Shown piece by piece: positions 12,161 through 27,210 of a stretch of DNA of 64,000 nt. Made by a program: the position numbers and the translations under genes. Origin of the DNA: Lingula anatina (lineage: Eukaryota > Animalia > Brachiopoda); contig CM120643.1 of NCBI GenBank assembly GCA_051362555.1, positions 12,560,644-12,624,643 on the forward strand. The letters run 5' to 3'. The notes below the pieces were generated by a model. The model was not told the DNA's origin. It saw nothing but the letters and a program-made list of their open reading frames with translations, and did no database searches. Each line of letters begins with the position of its first letter. Position 1 is the stretch's first letter.

Positions 12161-15100
12161 CCCGCAATTAAGTCTGGTTTATGCCTCCTTCCATATGGAG
12201 TAACTTGATACTCGGAGCCTGAAAGGCATGGAGAGAATTCAAATTCGAGAAATACATTAACTAAAATTATTTTGCAATGCATATGAGTAGAGATCCTAAC
12301 AGGCTTCAGATCCCAGAAAGGGGGGGGGTAATATCGGAGTTCCAGCAAGCGTTCCGATGCACGAGGAATGTTCTCTTTCTTACCTGAAGTTACATAACAA
12401 CTGATAAAGTTGTCATGTATATCCCCGCTTCAATAAAGTTGATGAAAACATCTATGGCTAAAGACACAAAAAGAGATGTAATTAGCCAGAACTAAATGAC
12501 GGCTATGCTTGAGTATGCGTTTACTACTAAGCACAGGCAGGTAAGACCACCACAACTAGACGCTTGTAAAAAATGGGGGTTGAAATAGAAGCCAACCGAA
12601 GGAGTATGACAAATTTATGAGATGAACTTCCAAAACAAATAACCCCATTCATAAATTAAACCCAGAAGGGGTTTTGTGTATTTAGGAAATAAAGCTTCCC
12701 TTCTCCTAACATTCTTTGTAACGTTATCATGTTTATTCGTTTTAGAATGTTTTAAGTTCGTGTAAGTTATACACGGTGCAGTTGGGATATAGAGCCCACG
12801 TGAAGTAGGACATAGTAAGACGCATTTAATTTAATAACCAAAACTCAAATAGGTTTGCAATGGCAATAGGACGTGCGGAAAATTAAAACGGGGAAAGAAA
12901 TATATGGCCTGATGTGTTTCCTGCGTCAGAGAAATAAAACAAAATGAAAATGATATGTGGTAGCGGTATGTTAGAATTTCCAGACCCGCAGAAAAAAATC
13001 GGGGACAAAAAAGAGAAAGAAAAGAAATATTACCCTAATACAAATAACAACTCGACTGTAACAAGAACGGTGGCGCATGACTTTTTTGAGTTTGTCTTTT
13101 GACGCGGCTAATTTTAACTATAACCCGGCCATTTTTTTCACAGTTTGGTGCACGCAAGGAGAAACGCTCACTGCGGCTCCTCGTCGCCGTCACTGACGTC
13201 GTGCCATACATCGTTTGAGTTGTCAGTAACAACTTATTGCAAGTGACCACACAACTGGAGGTCGTGTAACTTACCGTGTCCTCGCGGGTGCTGATGGGAC
13301 AGTTTTGAGGTCCTTAATGTGCCCGTGGCACGTGTAGCTGATTACCTTTATGATCCCTCGGTTTGAAGTTAATGATCAGGGTACAGGTGGGTAAATTGGA
13401 GGATGGGGTGAGGGTGGGGGGTGGGGGTGGGGGAACCGACAAGACAATTAGTGGAACAGTGCGTTTCATCATAGCTACCACTCAATTTGCCCCGGTGAAG
13501 AGTCGTTTGTACAGCGTACTTGATTCTTTTATTTGGATATGTGTCGAAGTGAGAAAAAAATCGGTGTGATAAGTGAAATCGGACGGCTTAATTAGATATT
13601 AAATGAATAACAAAAAATGAAACCAAAAATATGAGGAAGTATGATGTATTTGTCTGTGATGTGTCACCGCGTCTTTTTATATACAGTAGTTCATCTGCAA
13701 ACATAAGATTTTTTTTATAATTGCATCTTCAAATTTGAAATATAAAACATTTAGAATTACAAGGATTTTATGTATGAATAATCTTTATAACTGACCTCAT
13801 TTTGGGAATTACCAATTCTAAAATGTTCCCTTCCTTAATTTAAAGTAATTACTTTTAATACTTAGCTACGCAAACTGACAGAGAAACGGCTATTAGTTCT
13901 ACATTAATTTTCGCTGCAGACTATTTAATAACTTTTGAGATAAACTTTCTGGTAACGCTTAAGGGAATTAAAAAAAGTGTCTTTTCATAGTTTCTAAAGG
14001 TTTATGTCAACTTAATGAAAATAATATCGCCGCGCTGCGGCAGTGCACCAAATTGTAAGGGCCTTTGACGCGATTTGTAATATATGGCGTTACCGAGTCC
14101 ATAGAAAGGCCGTTTATCTTGCGTAGGGTGTTTAATTTTGACAGAGCATTTGATTTGGCGACCTCAGCTTTTCTTTTTCTTGCTACCCCCGATATTCTGA
14201 CGTAACGAGGGCTGGAAGATTTGTTGGAATTTGTCTTAGCCGGTTTACTTGTGTACTTTATGATCGATAACGAATAGAAATAGCAATATCGCCTTATCGC
14301 TTGAGAAAATAGACCGCATTTACCTTTCAGCTGTAATATAATTTTGTTGAAAGGTAATTTGATTTCATTCATAATGTTTTGATTTTCTACTTTAACTGTT
14401 ATGCAACATATGTGAAAACCAATCCGTCGGATACAGTACAGGCTTGATGCGTCGGCACGTTTTCACGTGGAATATGATTAGAGTTAGCGCGCGGAAGAGC
14501 GTTTTCACATTCTGCAAATCTACACCATAGAAAGGACCAACGAAGTGTTTGAATTCAAGAAAAACGAGTGAAAAAATGCTGTAAGAGAGAGAGATAAAAC
14601 CTTGCTGAAATTAAATCGCCATGAACAGTAGATAAGAAAAAATGGAAATAACGCAGGTTATGGCTGTATGTACGGACACGATCAGTTTGTACATAAATAA
14701 GATGTTAAACTGATTAAAAGCAAAACATAAGAAGATGAAATAAAAGAAAAGAGAAAAAATACCGAGAGTCGACAAATGGTGAAGTGTAAAATTTAAGTCA
14801 CCGCATGTATGTAAAAATAAGAAAATATGAATACTCACCGTTTATGTAGTTCAAAGACTCAGGATGCGTTCCTCATACAGACAAGCCGGCGGTAGGAAAT
14901 GACAAAGAATAAATGACAAGAATAAGATATTTATTGACTTCTGAAGGGAATTGACGGGAAAAAACAAAACCGCTGTAAACTTGCGTGCGTTGAAACTCAC
15001 TAATTGTTGCTTTCGCCAGTCGTTATCCGAGCACCACATCGACAGTTGACCCGGAAACAAAGTATAAAAACTCACGCAAATCTTTGCAAAAAAATCAATC

Positions 15101-15478
15101 TGCTGAGTTGTTTTAGCTAGATAATTAGTCAATGTGTCATTAGATTTTATGTTTGTTTTATTCCCGGAGAGGTCGTGACTCGGGCAGGAGACGCAGGCGT
15201 TCTTGCACGCACCAAGTTTAAGCAGCCAGTCAATAAGCCGTCACTATTAATTATAAATCATTGAGGTATGATGTGTAAAATTAGATTTAATTTTGCACAA
15301 ATCTTATATTAATTGCCAACCCCTTATTAATTTGCACTGGCTCAGGAAATGGATATACAGCATTCAAGGGAATTAGCGTTTAGCACGCGACCCAAAGATG
15401 TGATTTCATAGCCTTCGGTGCTCCGAGCAGTGTACTCGGAAAATATGCTGCAATTTATCTCCCATATGTTGAACAACT

Positions 15479-15565
15479 GAGAGAGAGAGAGAGGGAGAGA
15501 GAGAAAGAGAGAGAGAGAGAGGGGGGGAAGGCAGGGAAGGAGGGAGAGGAGAGAGTGTAGGAAGA
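15479..15565. repeat. GA-rich low-complexity tract
   Basis: (GA)n and GGAA/GGAG runs visible. Confidence 0.85.
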
Positions 15566-18307
15566 AAATGTGGGAATAATGGCTTTGAGAAAAACTAAAA
15601 AAAGGGCAAGAGAGAAAGACAGAAAAGGCCTATTTAAAAAAATTGCAATCAAATGACTAAAACACGAATAAATTGGATTGTGTCAATACAGAAAAAATAC
15701 TTGACCCCCCAAAAAAGGAGAATAAAGACGGGTAGAAAATGCGGGCCTCACTGTTTGAAAGAACCCATCTGCCTTATAAAATCTACATCATTGTCAGAGA
15801 CAAATGGGTCGACGTTATTCTGGCTGATACGGGTAGATCACGCCCAGTCATTTAAAGGTAAAAATTAATTCATAAAGTAACCCGCGCCTATGCGTCTCTT
15901 TAACGGGGATCTTGATAAAATCAGAATGATATGTGATATTGAAAGGGACACTGGCGGTGACGCACGTGGGTGGCCAGATATCGGTGAATTTTGTTTATAC
16001 ATTAACTGGTAAAGGCATGCCAACATATTGATGCATTTCCGCTAGCAAGAATATTTATGCCGTTATGTCAGTCGGTCGTACCACTACTCCGCCTCTTCTT
16101 ATGTTAGGACATGATTGAAGTTAATTAAATTAGGACTTCTGATACCCTCTCTCCTTGGTGTTAAATATCGCTATTTCGACTCACGTGACATCCAGACCTC
16201 ATTTGTGGGAATATGAACTGAAACTGTTTGATTTGCCCGGTTATCAGATACTGAATACTATAGCAAACGCCGTTTTCAGTTGTTTACTTTTTTTCCACAC
16301 TTTCCTCTCTCATCTAAAATCATAATTGAAACACATTTTTCTTAACATTATATTTTATCAATTGTTTTTAAAGTAAATTACAACGGGTAATTTCTAACAA
16401 AAGTCTTTACTTCTGAGTTGGGGTAGGTAATGCTGAGAAAAAAACGCTAAACATCGTTCAAACGCTCATAATAATGATTAACTTATATTTTACTCTTTCC
16501 CTTTGCGGACAAATGAGAGTTACACACTGTTCGTTCTTTACCTGTTCTAGTGCCATCAGATAGAACTGAGTGAAAATAGTTGTTGATATGTACATTGTTT
16601 ATTCTGCAGGAATTTAGGCTTTGAAATTTGCCTGCTTCTGACGGGAAATATCGCATGTAATTCTGAACATTAGTAGTCCTTTCCTCTGTGTTATTTTGAT
16701 AATATAAATTTCTATATATCTTTGACATGAAAAGAGATCAAAGGAATTTCATAAGAGTAGACAGTTGGGGCAGCAGACAAGATAGGTTATTCAATTAACA
16801 TAAATATCAACATGAGTAAACGCCGTGAAAATTAGTCGCCATAGTCGGGCAGAGAGTTGGTAGGATAAGTACAAGTGTCAGCGACCGTAACGTCAATTGT
16901 CAAAGGGGGTGAACTTTAATGAGATGAGGACATTATTCCACCCAAGAGAACGGTTATGGTTATACAGCGTCGTTTTATATCCCCGCAGAATGCGCAACAG
17001 AGCGATAGAACGCGCTGTCCACGTGACGCTAAGTTTAAAGGCGGGAAATTTAAAGAGCTGCACGATACAATTCTCTCAATCAGTAAAACCAATGTAAGTA
17101 AAATTCCTATACTATAACAACGCCTTGGCATTCCAGCCATCAAGGAACGTCTTAATAATACCGGCATGTCTGAAATGATTTGTTTTCACGAAGAGAATTG
17201 CTGTCCGGAGCAAGCAGATCAATAGCACACAGTTCATACTATCAATCTTAGGCAGGAAGGGCCTTTCAGGAGACTAAATACCACCTTAGACTCCATCGGA
17301 GTAAAAAGGCTTAACGTGTCGCGCAAAGAGAATAACGACTAGCTTGCATACAGGAGTCGTTAAGTCATCATCTATTTTTCTGCCATGCATGTATTGTAGC
17401 GAAGATGAAAATGTATTAAGTGTATGTTGGTGCTGACGAACAAAATAGATTTTTATGAAAGTCCCCCTTAATAGACTTCAATCAGAGTGCGGCGAGAACG
17501 GAACGACTTAATGACCGCAAGGAGAAATATATATTGACTTACCTTACACACTTACCTTACACACGGTAATAATTGTAATGAAATCATGCTTCGGTCTGGG
17601 AGATACTCACAGGGGATGCAAAGATGCACGTTTAATAGCACCGCGTATTAATCATTTCTCGTGTCGAAAGTGTGGATTTTTTTTCAGAAATCGAATCAAA
17701 AGTTCATATCTAGGATTTGGTGCCGACAGCGCGCGTTTTTATTGGTTTTATGAGGCACTGCTGCTGAAAGATCACAAATGAAGATTTATTGTTAAGTCGA
17801 TGAGTCGAGTCCAACTAATTTATCATTAACTATTTGCTTTTTATATCTCCCGACCTGACAAAAATGTGTGTTTTTCAGAATGACTGCGGTATGAGAAAAT
17901 ACTGTGCTGCACCTAGACCTAGGTCAAAATAAGGGCGTAGAATGATTAATAAATAAAATAATCGGTATCGGAAAAATTTAAGATGTCATCAACTATTACA
18001 GTATAGCGTTTATTTTCAGCTGTCAAGCGCACTGGTCTCACTTTTTTTATCATTTGCATCGTAAAGAGAGCATACGATGAAATGTTTGCCTATTAAATTA
18101 TGTTTTTGCACTTTGATTTCCACTTTCTATGAAACGTACTGTTTTTCGTTGTTATCTTTTCTTCTAAATGCTCATCCATGCTCGTCTTCGTTATTATGTA
18201 TTTGCGTTATTTTCTGTTGGTCAAAATCCACTTGCACTTTTTACCACGTTTTTTATCTTTCTTTAATTACCCCTCCTACAATCTCTTTCTCTTTTTCTTT
18301 CTTTGTT

Positions 18308-18309
18308 GC

Positions 18310-18365
<56 letters not shown>

Positions 18366-18372
18366 CTTTGTA

Positions 18373-18425
<53 letters not shown>

Positions 18426-18462
18426 CATTCTTTGTATCCCACTCTCTCTCTCTCTCTCTCTC
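18308..18462. repeat. Compound (CT)n microsatellite; three tracts separated by a repeated CATTCTTTGTATCCC spacer
   Basis: Directly visible; the spacer occurs twice and GCCTTTCATTC occurs twice. Confidence 0.9.
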
Positions 18463-20247
18463 ATTATGCACTTTGCGTCACCTCCATCCGCAAATCGGCA
18501 GTTATTACGGCATAGGAATGGTAAGTACCCGCACAGACGTTTCTCGATGATTAATTGATAAGTCTTTGACACCAATTAACGCACAATTAGTTATTATCAT
18601 CAATTATTCCACGTTGCAGATCAAAATAATTGTAATCCCGAGGAATCGTTATGGCGATATTACGGTATGAAATTAATTGCGTGCCCTCAGACATGCACTC
18701 TTAGACACAGGGCACGGAGCGGATATCAATGTTTCCAGCCGTTTAATCTTCTTGTTTATTTTTCAATCAGTGAAAATAACGGGTTGGGTAGGGCAGGGAG
18801 GGGGGGAGCGTATAATGAAGTGGTTTTATAGCAGTACTTTTTTTCTTTGTAAATGTGGGGTGAGAGGGGGAGGGGGGAGGGGGGAGGGACAATAGGAAGG
18901 GTGAGAGCAGCACTTCACCCACCTAGGCTCGTGATAAGAAAATGATCGATATCTTCCACCTTTCACTGATTTCCCTGGGTTTGTTTTAAGGTTTTTTAAA
19001 AGCCTGATTGCTATGGTTAACGCAGGAAAGTTTTTGTTAAACCTGTCTGCTTTTCTTGTGTGCGTATAGCTACTTAAGTTGGTCGCCGTGTTCTTCCCTC
19101 TGTCTGTTCGTCTGTCTGTTTGTCTACCTGTCTGTCCAGTTGCCTGCATGCTGTCGGTCTGAAGGATCAGGCCATTTCTATTTTTTTAAATAAAATGCCA
19201 TGGTTTATACTCGCAACGTCTCCCATAATAAAATACTGATATTTGTCATTTAACTTTGCTGTCATTGAACCGCCTCCCGCCCCCAAAACATTCACCTCAA
19301 CAGTTTTTAGATCAACAAAACTCCTTGTTTTTTATATGTTGATCGACCCCTCAGTCCTCCTACTGAAATTAATCAAAAAGCATTTTTACATCTGTGCCTG
19401 CCCCCCCCCCCCTACCCCCACCCCACCCCTTCCATCCCCTACTCTCTCTCCCCTCCCATCGCCCGTCCTCCATAACTCTGCACCGACTCCACTATCTCTA
19501 CTTGGTGACACGAAAACAACGAACGCTGCGCTAAGTGTACACACTGCGGGGGTTAAGTGCAGCGTTCAACCTCACCGTGTTCAATAAGCTCAATCTGCAT
19601 ATCATATTGGCGTCGTTGACTTGCTTTTTTTCTCTGTTCCCTTCATTTTTTGACTGACTGACTAACTGCGTAATCAAACCAAGTCGCCTTTCTATGCCCG
19701 CTAATCCAGCGCTTCTGATCCGACTCTGATAAGTTGATCTTCAATGTGATATTGGCAGATAGAATTGATGCCACAAAAGCGACGAATGTCGTATTAATAA
19801 AAGGTCAGCGATCTACAGGCAAAAAGGTTGATTTTAAAGCGATTATGTACAATAATTTCATTACGATATAAACCAGAGCGTCGTTAGCATGGCGAGAGCG
19901 CAGTGCAGAAGAAGGTTATGAATTATTAAAGCGAGACAAAAACACACATGGCTGGGTTCTCATCGATTCATTTGTTGATAATGTAGTGAGTAAAGACTTC
20001 AGAAAAAATGCTGTCTGCAAGAAAGAGGGAATGGCTGAAGAGGGGTAAAAAGAAGATTTTGAGAATCCTTTTGCGATGCATGATGAAAGAAAGAAGGAGA
20101 AAGGGAAGACAGGGAGAAAACAGATCTCTAGGATGTGAACACAATAAAACAAAGAATAATGTGAAAAGCAAGCAACTTATATATAAAAAAATACAATGGC
20201 AAATTATTAATAAAAATAATGGAGGTGGAAAACAATTTTATTCATAA

Positions 20248-20422
20248 TTATTATTATTATTATTATTATGTAGATTTACACGCCAAATAGTGTAAGGCAC
20301 TACACCGGAATAAAGAGGAAATGCGTTTTAAGACATGAATAGCTTTTCAGTGTGTTAATCAAAGCATGGAGCGCTATCCAGTATTGGAACACAAGAGGTC
20401 GGGCCACTCTAAAAAACTGGCC
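20248..20422 (-). mobile_element. Possible decayed 3' end of an L2/CR1-group LINE with (TAA)n tail
   Basis: Minus strand translates GQFFRVARP...W..L...KS.S.LKTHFLF, resembling the FxVAAPxLWNxLP...LKTHLF C-terminus of L2-type ORF2, followed by a short UTR and (TAA)7. By-eye resemblance only. Confidence 0.35.
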
Positions 20423-23400
20423 ATTTGACTACCCGGACCGATCAAAGCTATCCCGTCCTACAAAATATGATTTTAAAGTTCAACAGCCCTTTGATGGTCT
20501 TAAACTAAACAGACATTTAAATTCAGTAAATAATTACTCTCTCAGTTTTTCTGTCGCACCACAACGCTTAAATGTCCCTTTCCATCATCATTTCAACCGC
20601 GTTTTAATAAATGCCTTTGTCTACACCCCGACTAAAACCTATGCGCTGTCGCTAAAAAGCCGAAAACCTGTAAAAAACATGACCATAAATTTGGTAATAA
20701 AATATTAAAGCCATCAAAAAAGAATATTTGGGCGATTAAACAACAGTCTCGACTTTGGCAGGCGCGCCGAGATGAAAAGCTATCTCAGAAAGGTGACCCC
20801 GCCGTGCGTCAGGTAGCCGCCCCCATTACTGAAGACGCCGTATAATTTTCCAAAAACTGATGCCTGTAATAAAACTTTGTTGAGGCGAAGTCAGTATCAA
20901 CTTGCGTAAAGGAGACGCATATTTTGTGAAATGGTTTTAATTGCGGACACGGGATATAGGCAATTTATCAGGTTGGATGCACAGGCAAGATACGCCATTC
21001 AGACAAAAAAAAAAAAAAAAAAAAAAAAAAAACAGAGATGGCAAATTATAAGATTTAGATGTCCAAACGCATTATCAAATACCGTGGTCTGTGAGTTATT
21101 TTTGATTCATTATATACCAAGTATTGTTATATATCAGCATGTTGACTTCAACTTCCGACCCACCGAGGAGATTTTTCACAGGAAGCATGTTTTAAAATCT
21201 CACAATAGCGCCCTTCTCTTCCCATCCCCTCCCCACCCCCTCACCCCCCCCCCCCCCCGAGGCCACCCCCTACCTCAAGATCAACCTGTCCAATTATCTC
21301 CTACCAGCTGCACGACAGAAGTGCTTCAAAACCATAAATGAAAATGCGCGTAAAGATACTCTTATGCCCTGACTCATGAACTTCTTACTCCCTGAAAAAC
21401 TCACCATTGTCATTAATACAAGTGAGTTCTAAGTCTTTGATACGGGGGGACAGCAAATACTATGGCTTGATAAATGACAGTATCTGATATCAAAGGTACG
21501 TGCACTAGATATCGCTGCAGCGGAGTAAAGGAGAGATATTGGATGGCGGCAATTTGCAAGTGGAAATTTAAACATGTCGTTTTATATTGATATGGTGTCA
21601 CAGGCGCAAAAAGGCACCAACCTTTTCTCTTTGATGAGCGATAAGAATATTGTTTCGCTGCGGCGCTTTCCTTTTTCTGTCATTCGTTTTTCCGTTTTGT
21701 GTGTGTGTGTTATGTTTTTTAAATTCAACTCAGATTATTGAAAACTACTTAATAAGTTCACATCAAACATGATATAACATGAGTCAAGGTTATTTAATTA
21801 GGTGATACGAGAATAAAATAAATGATGCTGAAAATAATTAAATCTAAAGGTTGAGAAACGGTCTTCTCGGAATGTATCTTATTTAACTTTGTCAATAAAT
21901 TTCTCTTAATACTAAAATTGCTTAGCGATAAAAAGTGTGAATTTATTCAACAAATTATACGTGCTGGCTAGTAGTGTCATCGCAAATCTGAGCACGATGG
22001 CCGCGAGAGCTATTTTCAATATGGCTGTCAGAAAAAATTGATTTGCGGTGATTGTATTGCCTTTTTCATCAAAATTAAGTCTAATTACATTTCAACTGGA
22101 AAACAAGAATGATTCGACAGTTCTTATCGATGAGAATTAACATAATGTTGCATATAGTTTGGGGAATAGAGTGTGTTTTACTGCTTCCTGCGTAATTAAA
22201 TTTTCAGGTAAAATTCATTTTTATATGCAAAAAGTAAATAGATAAATAAATTTAAAAAGATCGAATTCGGAATCAACATTCCGAAGCCCCATCTTGATTC
22301 TTGTCTCCATTTTGAAATTTGTAGAGTTAATTCACAAGAAATAATTTTATAAGATTTCATCCTTAAAGTTATCTAAAAACCTTAAGCCCTATTTCGACAA
22401 GTCATATGGAATAGGGCTTACTTGCAATCATATGTATTTATTTGTGATGGCACTCCTCCAGATTTAGTTATGTATATAAATATATATTGATAAAGTGAAG
22501 CAGCATTTGGTGCCAGCGATTTTCCCATTTAGCGACCCCGCTGTAAATTAATTTATCGTTTGTTTGTGTGTGATCGAGAGAGAGGAGGGGGTAGAAAGGG
22601 ATGGAGTAGGAGAGAGAGAGAGAGGAAAGAAGGGTGTGGGAATAAAATGCTGGAGCAACAAAAAGTCCAGAAAAATGGAAATGAACGGCAGTTTATTTAA
22701 GTGATTGCATTTTTGTTTCAATCACCACGTCCAGGCCAAAGACAATTTCACAGATCACGTCATGTCAGTGTTAACTGGACTTTTTTTGCACCCTGCTCAC
22801 TCTCCGGCCAATAAATTAAACTAAATGTGGAAAATCGTAATAAGAACTTACTGGAGACGGGAGGAGGGGTAAAGAATGAAAAACAGAAATAACAGGGTCT
22901 ATATGGCGATTTTCGTCCTTCTCATATAACGTAGCAATTACGCTTTCTCTATGTCTGTGCACATCAAAAGAAGATATAAGGAATATCGGACAAATGTTAT
23001 TAGCCTGTAGAAAGGTCAGAAGGTCCTGAAGGGAACAAAAGCACGTCTGCCCAAGTAATTTAATTTATATTCCGATACAACACTAATATGCGAGTCTGGA
23101 TGAATTTCTTACTGAGATCTATAAAACCTCCATAAAACATGAAAAGATGTTTGCCACAGAAATGTAATGGACACAAAGTAATTGGCGCGCTGGAATTGGC
23201 GGGTCTAGCAGTCGTCTGCCGGTTTAGATGCGCATGCAAGGGGATTCAAACAGATAAATTCAAGTTATTGCAAATAAAGTTATCAATTTATTTATTTTCA
23301 TAAACCCCCCAAAAACGCTAAAAAGATGTATCAGAGAAATGCGGCGAAAACTAAGGAATCGGTATGCTGGGATTGACTGTTTTTGTCTGCTGGTTTGGGA

Positions 23401-25803
23401 GCAAGATACGTGCCAGACATTTAAGTTAATAGTTATAGAAATAATTTAAAAAACAAACAAATAATGCTTCTAAAAAAATCAAAAAGGCGTTTGCCTTAAT
23501 GGATGCCTAGTAACTGGCGTGCTACAATTTGCGAAACTAGCGATAGCCTGCGGAGCGTGAATGTGCACACAAAGAAAATATGGCATTTATTCCAGATTAA
23601 TGTTCGACGGAATTGATAAAAACTGTCACAGGGTTTACTTTGCATATTGACATTGCCGTGTTCGGGGTGTTTCGTCGATAGTTGATATACGATTTGGCCG
23701 CGATATATTGTCAACGCTTGACACATGGATGTCTTTTTGTTCCAAGTTGAGAAATAAAGAACTACCAACAACGATTTTAACATTTGTCGCTTAGAATACC
23801 AGTTTTCACTGCTTGCGTCAATTCAGTCAAGTCACAGTTACCTTAAATCCACTAGGTTTTTAACGAGACGAGAGGAATACATAAAACGCTCACCACTATA
23901 TCAAGCGCCTGCTAATTAGAAATTACACGCACAGTGCGGTTTCTTTATTGCAAGGGCAGAATTATGACATGGTTCCAACACATTCATCAGCGTTTGCGTC
24001 ACGATTGCCGGCAGAATACTAACACGACCTAACTTTGTGTCCTCTGCTTATTGTGATCAGCAACTGCTCCAATTATAACTCAGTCGCTGAATCATTTTCT
24101 TTTTTACAATGCAAATTTTATAGCTCAATGACAGTTTTAGTAATTTCTTATGGAAACACGAAGTAAATTGTCGCCGAGTGCTCATGCGCTGAGGGCGACG
24201 CCCCGCATGCGAAGAGATTGTCGATTATTTTTTTTAATTCTTAATTATTTGTTCTCAGCCGTTTCAAAGTCGAATGATCACTATGGAAAATTTATTTATT
24301 TATTTATTTTTTTATTTTTATTTTTTTTTTTGGGGGGGGGTTACATTTGTATGAAGACATTATACGGGTCACGCACTTCACTCACTCCTATACGGTTCAA
24401 GAATCTACCTCCACCCCCACCCCCCTCCAACTCTGTTGTTCTACATATATGGAAAAAATATGTACGAGTGAAAATATAGATAACAAAGTAACGCGTTTGT
24501 GTAAATAAAATGCACTTGATCACCATTACATTAGATAAAACTGCAGCGATCAAATTCACCAATATTTCCCTTTACCTTTTCATCAAAATTTTAATTTCTC
24601 TTTTTGATCGAAGCCGTTGCCACTTCTGCACAGTGTTCTTAGTGGTTGACAGATGACATTATTACTATTTCTGACTAATATAAGCAGCTCCGTTTAAAAC
24701 AAACAGGGCAGGAGCTGGACCTTATGCGTCTATAAATAACGTGATAAATTGATAAAGCATTTAAGACAGAAGCTCTCTGGTGCCAATTAATATATGGCTG
24801 ATGATCAAGTGTTATAGAAAATGGTCGTAAAGCAACAAAACAACAGCACTCGACTATTCCAAGGATAAAAGTTGCTATTATTTTCTAGTCTGATCGGTGT
24901 TTTACACCTGTTTACTCCAAGATACAAGTCACGATATACACATAATTCTTTGATCTAAACCGCCCACATCGCACTTGGTGCCGGTTACATTTAAGCTCTT
25001 AAAATGCGTATTTCAATTGCATGGCATTAAGAATACAAAACACCTGAAATAGAAAGTCAAAAACGAGTAAAACACGTGCAAGCAACCCCGTGTAGTCATC
25101 ATGTCAACTATGATAACAACACTATTCAATTTTCAATACCCTTCATTATTACCTTTTCAATGAGGAGTTTGTTTTCTTTTTAACAAATATCCTTAAAATC
25201 TCGTCTTTACAGTAACGTTTCATGTCCCAATTAGCAAGGTGAAGATCGTCATCGAATACAGGATAAATAACAATGTACAATGATGTTATCCACAGATGGG
25301 AAAACATCCTACGGCGTTAAAAGCTTAAAGGAGCAACAGCATTTTTGAGATTCAGTTTCACTTAATTTGTCGAACCAGGAAGTTAATTTGGTGCGAAGAC
25401 TTTCTCACCAGTGTTCAGATGACTCGTTGAACTATAAGACAACACATAATCTTCAAAGACATTCAAAAGAAAATACAAATAGTTTGATCAATGAAAAACT
25501 AATGAAGATTTCAGATCATGAGTTGCTTTTACAATCTTGCTCAATTCTTTCTTTCTTAACAAATGCACAACTAATAAGTGATGTAGAGTATTTAATTATA
25601 AGTAAACTACTAAAACCATGCAGTATGTTACTATGGACATTTTAATGCCAACTATTAATTGCTTACTTAATTTTCTTTGCTAAACAATGTACAGTATTAC
25701 ATTAAATTCTTATGGGAACACATACACTAACTTTCTTTGAAAGTGAATTATTGCCATAGCTACTCATATTTTAATGACAATGTAACATTTGCAGCATTCC
25801 AAG

Positions 25804-25805
<2 letters not shown>

Positions 25806-25852
<47 letters not shown>
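25806..25852. repeat. (TA)n microsatellite
   Basis: Directly visible. Confidence 0.95.
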
Positions 25853-25855
<3 letters not shown>

Positions 25856-27210
25856 TGTATGGGAAGGTTTATATCAAACCAACAGAAATCAATATTAACA
25901 ACACCCTACACAGAACAACTTCTGCAATGGTTAACATGTTTGAACAACTACATAACAAGATCTTCATGTTTGGTAATCTTCACTAAATTCTAACAGAACA
26001 CATAAACACATTCACATTGGTTATACATATACATGCACTTCTTTACATGATCATGAACACTTCTGGAAGGGGTTAGTTCTACAGGCAAATCTCTCTATTC
26101 AGTTCTTAAAGAAACTGCATGTGGACTTTCATCATGTAGCGATTGTGTACATAAAATCACTTACAAATCATATTCTCTCTATTTTATCTATCACTTGAGG
26201 GGAAAAAATCTTCAAGTGAACAATTTTTCTCCTGATATTCTCTTGAGAAAAACACCACAAGGTGGTGTGTGACCAAGACAAGCCAAAATGAAAGCCAGCT
26301 TCAATGATGCTTCAAAACAGAGGAGGTGCTGTGTAACATTCAATATGGCACTCTCTTCAACATTAGCCCGACAGCAGGCTAGTTTCAGTTTTTTTTTTAC
26401 TTCCAAAGACAGATTTCTACATCCACCTTTTGTTATTGGCTATTCTATGCTAATGAAAATACAACATCTTTTTGCATGATTTATTAAAAGATACTGATAT
26501 ATTTGGTTGGTAAACTGAATACACTTCACTGATATATTCATTTTACTAAAAATTTAAGATTGATTTCGACAGAGTACTGCAATTCTGACACACAGTGTGA
26601 TCTTGCACAACACATACAAAAGGAACAGACCTTAGAGTACATTCTACAATCACTTCATTTCCTTTTAGAAAAAATTGGCTTTAACTTAAAAATATATAAC
26701 ATTCCCAGATGGCAACATATGATGCTTTAATGTTGACAAAATAAAATGGAGTGAATTTACATGGAACAAAATGAAATTTGAGATTTCTAGTGCAATTTGA
26801 AATTTAAATCAATTTTGAGCATACTTTTGAATGGGGAAAGTCTCCTTGGCTGGCAGCTGAGAGGAGAGATCTTGTGGGAGACGTTCGTGTTCTTAAAGCT
26901 TTAAATTTTGAGCATTGCAATAATATGTACAACTTACTTAACTTCTTGAATGGAAGCAATAAGTATGTAAATGAATCCTTGGGTGACAGTCTGGGACTCG
27001 GAGATCGTGAAGAATATAGATTCCAATAGTCAATCCTGTTCAAATAGTGATGTGCAGGTTATCAGACCAATGAAAGTCCATTTTTATCCATGAAATATTT
27101 CAGTTTATACTTTCAGTTGATAGGAGTGAATGTTTTGGTGCCATTAACCCAGTCTCACATGATGGACCAGACTAACCTTACAATATAGGCTGGCTTCAAG
27201 GTGGACTTTC

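Noticed and set aside
18077-18575. Four overlapping ORFs with SLSLSL/ERERER
   Set aside because: Produced by the (CT)n microsatellite.
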